Below are positions 1-8,221 of a DNA stretch of 64,000 nucleotides, piece by piece. The notes beneath the pieces were generated by a model that saw only the letters and a list, made by a program, of their open reading frames with translations, was not told the origin of the DNA and made no database searches. Position numbers and translations under genes: made by a program. The DNA is from Actinomycetota bacterium (GTDB lineage Bacteria > Actinomycetota > Actinomycetes > S36-B12 > UBA5976), in contig CANGDR010000006.1 of assembly GCA_947452765.1 (NCBI GenBank), positions 1,184 to 65,183 of the forward strand. The letters run 5' to 3'. Position 1 is the first letter of the stretch; the number at the start of each line of letters is the position of its first letter.

Positions 1-8
1 CTTTTGAT

Positions 9-686
9 TCACTTGCCACCGTCCAAGTAACCAAGTTCCTTAGCTCGCTCCATGGCTCGCGCTTTCATACCCGGTGCATCCAGTGGCCCATCTACTAACC
101 CGGCAAAGCCAATCAGAATGCGATCGCCAGAAATGGGAATTAAGTTGATGTGGACAGTCTCGCCCGGCGGGAAGTCGACATGTTCACCTGCGGGAATTTG
201 TAATCGTCGACCGTAGGCAGCCTCGCGATCGAAGTTGAGCCGAGGATTGACCTCAAAGAAGTGCATGTGTGTGGTGACTGAAATTTGAATATTCGAAATA
301 TTTTTTACCGTTAGCGTTACTACGTCAGCAACATTTGAAACCGGGAGGGCTTCTAGTCGAACTACTTCACCTGGAATGTCCAAGTCATTCGATTCAAAAT
401 CAACAACTACTAATCGGCGCCCGTCGGGAAATACCGCCTCAACGGCTATGCCAGTAAGTAGCGGACCAATTCCTGAAAGTAACTCGGATTGAGTTACTGC
501 CGACTTTCCGATGGCTAGTGCCTCACTATGAGTTTTCCCATCGCGGGCCGCCTCAACTACCGCGTGTGAGATTAGCGCCGTTGCTTCGGGCAAATTTAAT
601 TTCAAGCCGCGATCGCGTCGGGATTGGGCAAGTTGAGCCGCTGTAAAAATCAGCAGATGATCTTGTTCCGAAGGAGTTAGTTCCAC
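9..686 (-). CDS. ureAB: Fused urease gamma/beta subunit (UreAB-like), divergent
   Basis: N-half RRDRGLKLNLPEA...EAARDGK...VEAVFPDG is the gamma signature; C-half HFFEVNPRLNFDREAAYGRRLQIPAG is the beta signature. Confidence 0.9.
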   Translation of the reverse strand: MELTPSEQDHLLIFTAAQLAQSRRDRGLKLNLPEATALISHAVVEAARDGKTHSEALAIGKSAVTQSELLSGIGPLLTGIAVEAVFPDGRRLVVVDFESNDLDIPGEVVRLEALPVSNVADVVTLTVKNISNIQISVTTHMHFFEVNPRLNFDREAAYGRRLQIPAGEHVDFPPGETVHINLIPISGDRILIGFAGLVDGPLDAPGMKARAMERAKELGYLDGGK

Positions 687-700
687 AAATCTATTCTTGA

Positions 701-2296
701 CTATCCGTGAACCCGAACGCCACCAAGCCAGGTTCCAACCACTTTGGCATTACGAATTTCCATTGGCGCAAGGGAATGGACGTCACAATCGAGAAGTACT
801 ATGTCCGCCCTTTTACCAACAGCCAAGTCACCCCATAAGTTGGATTCGCCAGCTTGAACTGCGCTGCCCATTGTGTAGGCGGTTAGCGATTCATCCAAAG
901 TTAGCCGTTCACTTGGAACCCAGCCGCCTTCTGGGAATCCTTCGTCAGTTAGGCGAGTAACTGCTACGCCAATCCCTTCCATAGGCACAGGAGAGGTAAC
1001 TGGCCAATCTGAACCGAATGAAATTTTAGTTCCGCTGCGCAGCAAAGTCGCCATTGGATATTGTCGATCGGCGCGCTCTTGACCTAGGCGAGGGATGGTG
1101 AGCACGACCTGTTCGCTGGCAAGCTGTGCCCAAAGTGGCTCAAAGTTTGCAATCACATCAAGGGCTTTAAATCGCGGTAAGTCTGCTGGATCAATTAGTT
1201 GTGAGTGTGCGATAACTGGATTGATTAAATGGCCATGTAGGTTGCGGGCATTTTCAAAAGCGTCTAGCGCAGTGCGAATTCCGGCATCACCGATTGCATG
1301 GATGTGAGCTTGGAAGCCACGCTTTACAACTTCGGCAACTGCATCGATCAGTTCTTCTCGCTTCCAATTCGGAATGCCCTTGTTTGGGCAGTCACAATAA
1401 TCTTCAAGTACGGCAGCAGTGCCACCTTCGAGAATTCCATCTGCAAAGAACTTGACGGTATTACCCGTCAAAAATTCCGGAGCTTCAGTATTTACGCGAT
1501 CGCGATTAGCTTCGAAGCCATCAACTTTGGTCCGCCAAACTCCTTCGGGTTCGGCTAACCAAGCTAAGTTTGCCCGAAATTTCAGTGCCCCTGATTTGGC
1601 CGCTTGAAGCCAAGACTCCATGGTGTCATTTTCCACCCAGGCATCTTGCGCCCAAGTAACACCGCAAGCCGAAAAGGCGGCCGATGCAGCACGCAATGCC
1701 TGGTCACGTTGTTCCGAAGTTAATGCGGGAAGTAAGTCATAGACGGGTCCCCAAGCTCCCCACTCGCGCAAAGTACCGGAGGGTGTGCCATCTGCACGCA
1801 ACGATATTTCGCCATCGCTTGGTTGGGGTGTGTCTTTGTTGAATCCAGCAAGTTCTAAAGCTTTCGTATTAACCCAAGCGGTGTGGTAATCCATCGCGCG
1901 TAAAACTACTGGCCGATCGGGAACTATTTCGTCTAACCACTTGGCATCAAATTCACCTCGTGGCGCCAAACTCGGATCGTAACCTTCGCCTCTAACCCAT
2001 TCGGCATTCGGATTTACGTCTGCCCATTTCTTAATCGCGGCCAAAAGTTTCGCTAAGGTTTCAGGTCCGCGAACTGGCGCGAATAAAGTTTCGATGCCAC
2101 CGAATACCGGGTGAGCATGTCCATCTCCAAATCCTGGTAACAAGGTTCGGCCCGCTAAGTCGATTGATTCATCAGCTTTAAGTGCAAGTGCTGCATCTCC
2201 GTGCGCAACAATGACCCCATCTGTAGCCGCTAGTGCATGAGTTGAATTATTTTCATCAATCCAAACTTTGCCATTCACCCAAACTGTGGTTGTCAT
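701..2296 (-). CDS. Metal-dependent amidohydrolase, YtcJ/NfdA-like (Amidohydro_3)
   Basis: PGFGDGHAH, KFFADG, HIHAIGD, GSDWPV and GKRADIVLLD motifs. Confidence 0.88.
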   Translation of the reverse strand: MTTTVWVNGKVWIDENNSTHALAATDGVIVAHGDAALALKADESIDLAGRTLLPGFGDGHAHPVFGGIETLFAPVRGPETLAKLLAAIKKWADVNPNAEWVRGEGYDPSLAPRGEFDAKWLDEIVPDRPVVLRAMDYHTAWVNTKALELAGFNKDTPQPSDGEISLRADGTPSGTLREWGAWGPVYDLLPALTSEQRDQALRAASAAFSACGVTWAQDAWVENDTMESWLQAAKSGALKFRANLAWLAEPEGVWRTKVDGFEANRDRVNTEAPEFLTGNTVKFFADGILEGGTAAVLEDYCDCPNKGIPNWKREELIDAVAEVVKRGFQAHIHAIGDAGIRTALDAFENARNLHGHLINPVIAHSQLIDPADLPRFKALDVIANFEPLWAQLASEQVVLTIPRLGQERADRQYPMATLLRSGTKISFGSDWPVTSPVPMEGIGVAVTRLTDEGFPEGGWVPSERLTLDESLTAYTMGSAVQAGESNLWGDLAVGKRADIVLLDCDVHSLAPMEIRNAKVVGTWLGGVRVHG

Positions 2297-2377
2297 TGCT
2301 CTACCTACTCATTCGCTTTAGATCGCCTAAACACACTGTTCCAGATTCATTTCGTTTCAGTGCCCGTATTAAGAATA

Positions 2378-4027
2378 TTATTTGGCCATCTGAGAAAGGC
2401 CATACGCGACGGCGTATCTATGTCCCAACAAGCCAGCAACATTGCCCCGCCCCAATCCACTTACTTCATTAAGTTCACCAAGGATTGGAATTAGTTCATC
2501 ATCAGCAGCGGGACCGCCCACAACCACAATGTCGCGCGGTTCGCTGTGACCAGTTTGGATCGACAGACTTCTGATTATTCGTGCCACGTTATTACCTAAT
2601 GCCGCACGCTTAAGCGAGTGGCGCATGATTCGCCACTCGGCAGGTTGCAAATTTTTGCCAAATGTTAAGTAGCCAGCAGGGCCTTGAGTTACCAGTGATC
2701 CAGTTGCCGTGGCCGGAAACTCTTTAGTCTCGGGAACAAAATCCTTGGTGCCGTCTTCACCCAAGAGCACATGCGGTGAGTCAAGACGTTGCGCCGAGCC
2801 GCGCTTTACCCAGTCGGCAGCGCCGCGGGAAATACCTAAGGCTTGCGAAACCGCGGCAGTGAGTAATTCACCAGCACCAGCAGCAGAAATTTCTACCTCT
2901 CCAATTAAGTCAATCGTTCCGCCCCCAATGTCCAGGATTAATGAATCTGTCATTAAACCTGGTGTGCTATTTGCCCCAAGAGCAGCTGCCGCAGCTTCGG
3001 AAGTTGCGACTGTTACGTTAGTTGCAAAAATTTCAGCAAGTGGATAATCCGATGAATTAGTGGCCTTGGACAATTGCGCAATCGCAAGGTCGCGAGTGTG
3101 TCCAGAATTCCGTAGTCCCGTGATTGCTAGGGCTGATGTTATGTCAAAACCCCAAACATCCGAAGTAGCCTGATTTTCGTCAATGAATATCGATGTCACA
3201 TCGCCTATTTGCGACTCTGGAAATTTTGGAACAGCGTGGAATAGGTTTTCAGTAACTCCAGATCGCCACGTAACCGAACTTTCGATTTCGGGTGCGGGCT
3301 GCTGCGCAAGAGGAAACAGCCCAATCAAGATAGATCGTTCATCTTTAACCCACCGAGTCAATAAGTTAAGGGGTTCTGCTTCGACGTCACTTAATGAAAA
3401 TAGCGACTTCATTGCCCAGACGTCAGTTGCAGTCTTTAGTAATTTTCCAGAAGGTCTAACTTCCACAAACAAATATGAAGCAGCTACCGTTAAGTCAACA
3501 TCTACGCCGTCGATAACTGGAATCGCTGCGTCTAGGCGCCTAGAAATAAGTACCGCTTCATCATCAGCGGCAACAACTGCGCCAATTTTGCAACCCTTTG
3601 CTACCGCTTGGTTAATAAATTGGGCTGCGACTTCAAATCCGGTAGCGCTCGGAACTACTGCGATTAAATCATCACCTGTTGGTAACGGACTTAAAACCGA
3701 CCAAGGAGCGCCAGTTGCCGACCCATCACCAGAAACACTGTTGCTAGAGCTTGAAATTATCCGCAGCCGCCCAGTATCAGGTTGCGGTTCGTGGACCGTG
3801 GAAGTTGCAGTTGTTACCGGACTCCACGGCGCAACAACAACATGGTCGACTTGCAAATTGTGGTTGCGTTCAATCGATCGCAATAGACCTGCCGCCGCAT
3901 GAACCGAGGATTCGGATCCCTTTTGCCCCCGTGTTGGTCGCCTATCCCAAGCGACAGGCTTGTCACCTAGCGAAACCACAATTTCAGTCGTTGAGTTTCC
4001 AATGTCTATTCCTGCTACTAGATGCAT
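2378..4027 (-). CDS. Diol/glycerol dehydratase reactivase large subunit (DdrA/PduG-like)
   Basis: AGIDIGNSTTE N-terminus, ILDIGGGTID, AGAGEL, C-terminal GNVAG...RYAVAYGL; adjacent to dehydratase genes. Confidence 0.88.
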   Translation of the reverse strand: MHLVAGIDIGNSTTEIVVSLGDKPVAWDRRPTRGQKGSESSVHAAAGLLRSIERNHNLQVDHVVVAPWSPVTTATSTVHEPQPDTGRLRIISSSSNSVSGDGSATGAPWSVLSPLPTGDDLIAVVPSATGFEVAAQFINQAVAKGCKIGAVVAADDEAVLISRRLDAAIPVIDGVDVDLTVAASYLFVEVRPSGKLLKTATDVWAMKSLFSLSDVEAEPLNLLTRWVKDERSILIGLFPLAQQPAPEIESSVTWRSGVTENLFHAVPKFPESQIGDVTSIFIDENQATSDVWGFDITSALAITGLRNSGHTRDLAIAQLSKATNSSDYPLAEIFATNVTVATSEAAAAALGANSTPGLMTDSLILDIGGGTIDLIGEVEISAAGAGELLTAAVSQALGISRGAADWVKRGSAQRLDSPHVLLGEDGTKDFVPETKEFPATATGSLVTQGPAGYLTFGKNLQPAEWRIMRHSLKRAALGNNVARIIRSLSIQTGHSEPRDIVVVGGPAADDELIPILGELNEVSGLGRGNVAGLLGHRYAVAYGLSQMAK

Positions 4028-4032
4028 GAGTT

Positions 4033-4401
4033 CTATTTTGCTGTTAGTCCGCGCCGAGCATAAACATCGGCAGCCTGCAGAAATAGCTCAGCGTTCTTGA
4101 TGGCACCTTGGCTTGATAGTTCAGTTGCGATAGCAGTTAACTGATCCGCGGTAGATCGACCTGGGCGAAGCGCATCGTAGTAACCCAGCACAACTGAATC
4201 TGGCAACGAGGTTAATTCCGCAGCTCGTCTAAAGTTTGCAGCAAGCTGGGGGTTGCCATTGGCTTCCGCAACTTTTGCTTGCATCTCTAAAGTTTCGGGA
4301 TGGATCCGTACATCATCAAGAGTTATGTCGCCTCGGCGAATTGCTTCGATAGTTACATCAGTTACTGGCTTACCCGAGAATCCAAAATCACCTTTAGACA
4401 T
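4033..4401 (-). CDS. pduE: Diol dehydratase small (gamma) subunit
   Basis: DVRIHPETLEMQA...LAANFRRAAELT...YDALRPGRST...AADVYARRG. Confidence 0.9.
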   Translation of the reverse strand: MSKGDFGFSGKPVTDVTIEAIRRGDITLDDVRIHPETLEMQAKVAEANGNPQLAANFRRAAELTSLPDSVVLGYYDALRPGRSTADQLTAIATELSSQGAIKNAELFLQAADVYARRGLTAK

Positions 4402-6644
4402 TAGACGACCTCCAAAGTTTCTGGCGAGGCATTAGTGACACAATTGCGTTCTATTGCAACGAGGGAAACCACTTTAGTGTGGTACCGCGCTTCGATAGCC
4501 TCGTCAGAATATGGATTTCGAACTGGCTCCGGAGTTGCACCCTTTGCATGGCGACCAGCATTTATGCCAAGCATGCGATAAAGCTCTCGAGTTATTGTTG
4601 GCGCAACCGAATACAGTTCTAAATTGGCTAGCGGTGCCAAATCCCGCCTATGAATTAATGCAGTTCCCTTAGCTTGCAGTCCAACACTTATTCCGGATCC
4701 AGAAAGCCGAGCCGCAGTTAAGCCGATCATGCCTAAATCCAGACTGTCGTTGATACGCACAATGCGACCGACGCAGCCTTCTTCTTCAAGTCCAGCCATT
4801 AGTTCGCCGATGACATCTGTAACACTCAAGCCAGAGAGCGTCATCCAAATCTCTCGCCCGGTAGCAGGTGAAACTCCAATCACTACGTCCCTTGGGTCGT
4901 AACTGATTTCAGCAGATCCTCTTACCCGAAGGTTCTGGCTCGCAAATATTTTTTGTTCATTTCGTAAATCTTCAACCGATTTTTGTTGCCGAATGTTGTC
5001 AATCTCGGCTTGTCGTTTAGCAGTTGGCTGGTATCCGGTACCTGGGCCGGAATATTCATTCGGATCGGTAACTAGCGAAAGCACATTCATTTCTTCATCA
5101 AAAATCGCGGAAGTTTGTAAGTAATCACCGACAACGCGCGCCTTAAGCATATTGAGGCAACGTTCGGCCTCTAGATCAAAGCCATTTTCTGCCAACGCTG
5201 AAATTACATCGAGCATCGTTACGTTGGTTTCCATAATTGTTCGGGCCGCATTCAAAGGCAGCATCAGATCGCCGGCGGTAACGTCTTTAGAACCCGCCGC
5301 GTCAACTGCCTGATCTGCCCAAGTTTGACTAAAGTCACCAAGTCCCAGGTGGGAATAAACCGCAGTAACTGCATCGGTCGCACGCTTACGTAATCTAGCT
5401 ACTTCAGTTTCGTCGGCGGTGCGCAATCCACCATCAACTCCCCAGTCGCGTTGCATCGCAAGAAAATCATCAATGTCTTCGGCGTTCCACTGACTAGGAC
5501 CAAACATGTTGTCATATCTTTGGATTGAACCAAATCCGCTATTAATAAAATCTGAGCCACCAATAAATATTGGATGAGTTCGCGAGGTTCGTCGTACATC
5601 TGACTCACTCATTAATGCGTCATTACCTGTGCAGGCTTCAAGATTACGCAGCATGACCATAACGTTTTCCGCCATCATGGATCGAACTCCACCAGGTACT
5701 GCGCCTGCAACCGAGGCCGCGTCAATGCCGCCATTTTGTACGCCCTGCGATCCGATGGCGCGGGCAAGTGCAACACAACGAGCTTCAAGGTAAAACATGC
5801 TGCATTGTTCAGCCCCACCCATTAGAGCTTCAGAGCCGCCACCGGATGTTACGCGCATTTTAATTCCACGACTTGCGTATGCACTTGTTAGAAATGCTTT
5901 GGACCAAGGAGTGTCGTCACCATCAATAAAGATTTGCTCTGTGCCATACAACGAAACAGTCTCGGCATAAGAAACTAGCCCGCGCATACCAAGTGCCAGT
6001 TCCGCAGCTTCTTCGACGGAACATTGAACTAACACACCGGCCGCTCCGACAGCGGCTCCAATTGAAACTGCAACAGCATTTGATGGCGCATCCCCGGCAA
6101 CCGGAACTGTGGTTTCAAGTTCTCTAAATCCAAAGGCGGCAGCAGTAGCAGCGTCCGCAGCAAGTAGTAGCGGATCATCCGACCTGTTAGTTACATGGGC
6201 CTGATTACTCGGTGTACGCCTTGCCCGCATTTTTGTCATTGCGATAACCAATTCCGCGGCAGTCAGTCGCGAAAGTACTTCGGCAAGTTTTGCTGGCGTC
6301 ATACCTGCAGCAAGGCGAACTATGTCTTTGCGGGAGTCGTTTGGATTTACTAGCATTCGAGCAAACTCGAGACTGTCGATAGCCATAGCCTCGGGCGCAA
6401 GGTTTAAATCCAAACCATGGCGTGCAATGAATTCGTCGATTGCATCGAAGTCAGATTCTGATTTTCCGTCGAGTTCAACCACTCGGCCGTCAGAAATTTT
6501 TATGGAAGGCTTCGGGTCGTTTGGTCCGTCAAATGCAACTAGCCCTAGCTCAGGTGCCGGAGTTGCGAAGCCATCGAGATTGACGCGCTGTTCGTTCATA
6601 AAACGAAAGCGGCCAATCGGCTCGTTTGGGGTCATGCCTGGCAT
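4401..6644 (-). CDS. pduC: B12-dependent diol dehydratase, fused large (alpha) + medium (beta) subunits
   Basis: RARRTPSNQAHVTN, DGDDTPWSK, ASRGIKMR and YDNMF of the large subunit; the last ~180 aa (AGLEEEG...SGSGISVGLQAKGTALIH...NLELY) match the medium subunit. Confidence 0.92.
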   Translation of the reverse strand: MPGMTPNEPIGRFRFMNEQRVNLDGFATPAPELGLVAFDGPNDPKPSIKISDGRVVELDGKSESDFDAIDEFIARHGLDLNLAPEAMAIDSLEFARMLVNPNDSRKDIVRLAAGMTPAKLAEVLSRLTAAELVIAMTKMRARRTPSNQAHVTNRSDDPLLLAADAATAAAFGFRELETTVPVAGDAPSNAVAVSIGAAVGAAGVLVQCSVEEAAELALGMRGLVSYAETVSLYGTEQIFIDGDDTPWSKAFLTSAYASRGIKMRVTSGGGSEALMGGAEQCSMFYLEARCVALARAIGSQGVQNGGIDAASVAGAVPGGVRSMMAENVMVMLRNLEACTGNDALMSESDVRRTSRTHPIFIGGSDFINSGFGSIQRYDNMFGPSQWNAEDIDDFLAMQRDWGVDGGLRTADETEVARLRKRATDAVTAVYSHLGLGDFSQTWADQAVDAAGSKDVTAGDLMLPLNAARTIMETNVTMLDVISALAENGFDLEAERCLNMLKARVVGDYLQTSAIFDEEMNVLSLVTDPNEYSGPGTGYQPTAKRQAEIDNIRQQKSVEDLRNEQKIFASQNLRVRGSAEISYDPRDVVIGVSPATGREIWMTLSGLSVTDVIGELMAGLEEEGCVGRIVRINDSLDLGMIGLTAARLSGSGISVGLQAKGTALIHRRDLAPLANLELYSVAPTITRELYRMLGINAGRHAKGATPEPVRNPYSDEAIEARYHTKVVSLVAIERNCVTNASPETLEVV

Positions 6645-7066
6645 GCTCGCTTAAATACTTCAATTCCGGCTTGGGCACAGATTTGATCCTCGTCCCATGA
6701 TCCGCCGCTAACTCCGATTGATCCGACTACTCGTTCGCCATCCCAACACGGAATTCCACCAGCAAATGCAATGTATCGTCCGTTGCCGTTTGCATTCATA
6801 CCTGGCAAGTCGCCATCGGGTGCAACTCGTGCCCGAAGCTCACCAGTTTCAATTCGATTTGTTACTGATGTGTACGCCTTGTCAACTGCCAAATTTGGTC
6901 CAGCAAGTTCTGCGCCATCCATACGTTCAAAACTCAATAAATTTGCACCCGCATCCAAGACGGCGATGGACATCGGAGCATTGATCTCGATTGCTTTTGC
7001 TTTAGCGGCATTAGTCATTTCGAGTGCAAGTGCTAGATCAATTTCCATACGTTCCACCCTTGGCAT
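6632..7066 (-). CDS. GlcG/HbpS family heme-binding protein
   Basis: SIAVLDAG...RMDGA...AVDKAYTS...FAGGIP...GSIGVSGG...DQICA. Confidence 0.88.
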   Translation of the reverse strand: MPRVERMEIDLALALEMTNAAKAKAIEINAPMSIAVLDAGANLLSFERMDGAELAGPNLAVDKAYTSVTNRIETGELRARVAPDGDLPGMNANGNGRYIAFAGGIPCWDGERVVGSIGVSGGSWDEDQICAQAGIEVFKRACQA

Positions 7067-8109
7067 CAGTTGCCTTTCTTATAGGTTTGCCACTGCGCAG
7101 CCTTAGCTCGCATTTTCTGATGCATACCCTGCATAACGTTCACACTACCTAAGTATTCCTTGGCGACTTTAGCGACCATTGTGTAGTTGGTATCAACCAC
7201 ATTTGCCACTGGAGTCAATGCGGTTTGTGAAACAAACTGGTAGCTATCCAAAGTTGATTGACCAGTTAGCTCGCTCACCCAATGCACCATCTGGGTATGT
7301 GCAATTCGAAATGCATCCTCAAGCGGTTTAGTTGAGCCAGTAGTGATGATGTAATCATCTGATTCAATGCGGGGCCACGGTGTTGGAGTCCCCTTGATTA
7401 AATCGATTATCAGTACGGTATCCATGGCAGTCTCAACAGCCACACCGCACGTTTCACCCTCACCTTGGCGGGCATGACCATCACCAAATGAAAATAGGGC
7501 ACCCTCGACATTGACTCCGAGGTAGCAAGTAACGCCTGCGCGCATTTCTGGCGAATCCATATTGCCGCCCCAGTCGCCTGGTGTTAAGGATGAGCGAACT
7601 TCGCCAAGGGCTGGTGCCACTCCGACAGTTCCATGCATCGGATCAAGTGGTAAGGCGGCAGTGAATTTGGTATCGGCTGCTGCGTATCTAACTAAGCGCT
7701 CAGTTAAGTCCAGTTCATAAATCCAAGTTCGTTCCAAAAGTGCTGGCTGCAAAGTTGCAGTTGTCGGTGTTGAAGTAAGCGCGCCAAAGAATGGCACAGT
7801 CGTACTAACGCCCCAAGCTTCACGAGGTTCAATAGAAATGAAGTGAACCGCCAAGGTGTCACCTGGCTCGGCACCTTCGACATAGAACGGTCCGGTTTGC
7901 GGATTTAGAAATCTTGGATCACAAACCTGGGTGGACATGTCACTTGGGGATTTAACGCGCCCACCGAAGCAATCAAATGACCAAGAATCAATTATTGTTC
8001 CTGGCTTAACACTTACGACACCTTCGCGTCCACCGAATGTAAAGGTATGGGTGGCAGGATCGGCATCTTCATCCGGTGCCCAGTTACAAATCTCAAAATC
8101 CATTGTCAT
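7066..8109 (-). CDS. Acetamidase/formamidase family protein
   Basis: NPQTGPFYVEGAEPGDTL, GGNMD, FSFGDGHARQGEGE; start moved to the ATG after an AAGG RBS (8103 is an alternative). Confidence 0.88.
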   Translation of the reverse strand: MTMDFEICNWAPDEDADPATHTFTFGGREGVVSVKPGTIIDSWSFDCFGGRVKSPSDMSTQVCDPRFLNPQTGPFYVEGAEPGDTLAVHFISIEPREAWGVSTTVPFFGALTSTPTTATLQPALLERTWIYELDLTERLVRYAAADTKFTAALPLDPMHGTVGVAPALGEVRSSLTPGDWGGNMDSPEMRAGVTCYLGVNVEGALFSFGDGHARQGEGETCGVAVETAMDTVLIIDLIKGTPTPWPRIESDDYIITTGSTKPLEDAFRIAHTQMVHWVSELTGQSTLDSYQFVSQTALTPVANVVDTNYTMVAKVAKEYLGSVNVMQGMHQKMRAKAAQWQTYKKGN

Positions 8110-8169
8110 GACCTTATTCTTGTGGATCGACTTCTTCGACACTTATGTATTGCCCCAAAAAGTATTCGA

Positions 8170-8212
8170 AACTGAAATTGGGCACCAGCAATGCTGATGC
8201 CCAATTTCAGTT
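8170..8212. terminator. Long hairpin between permease and formamidase genes (terminator/attenuator or mRNA stabiliser)
   Basis: AACTGAAATTGGGCA...TGCCCAATTTCAGTT perfect 15-bp inverted repeat plus inner CAGC/GCTG. Confidence 0.7.
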
Positions 8213-8221
8213 GTTTTTACG

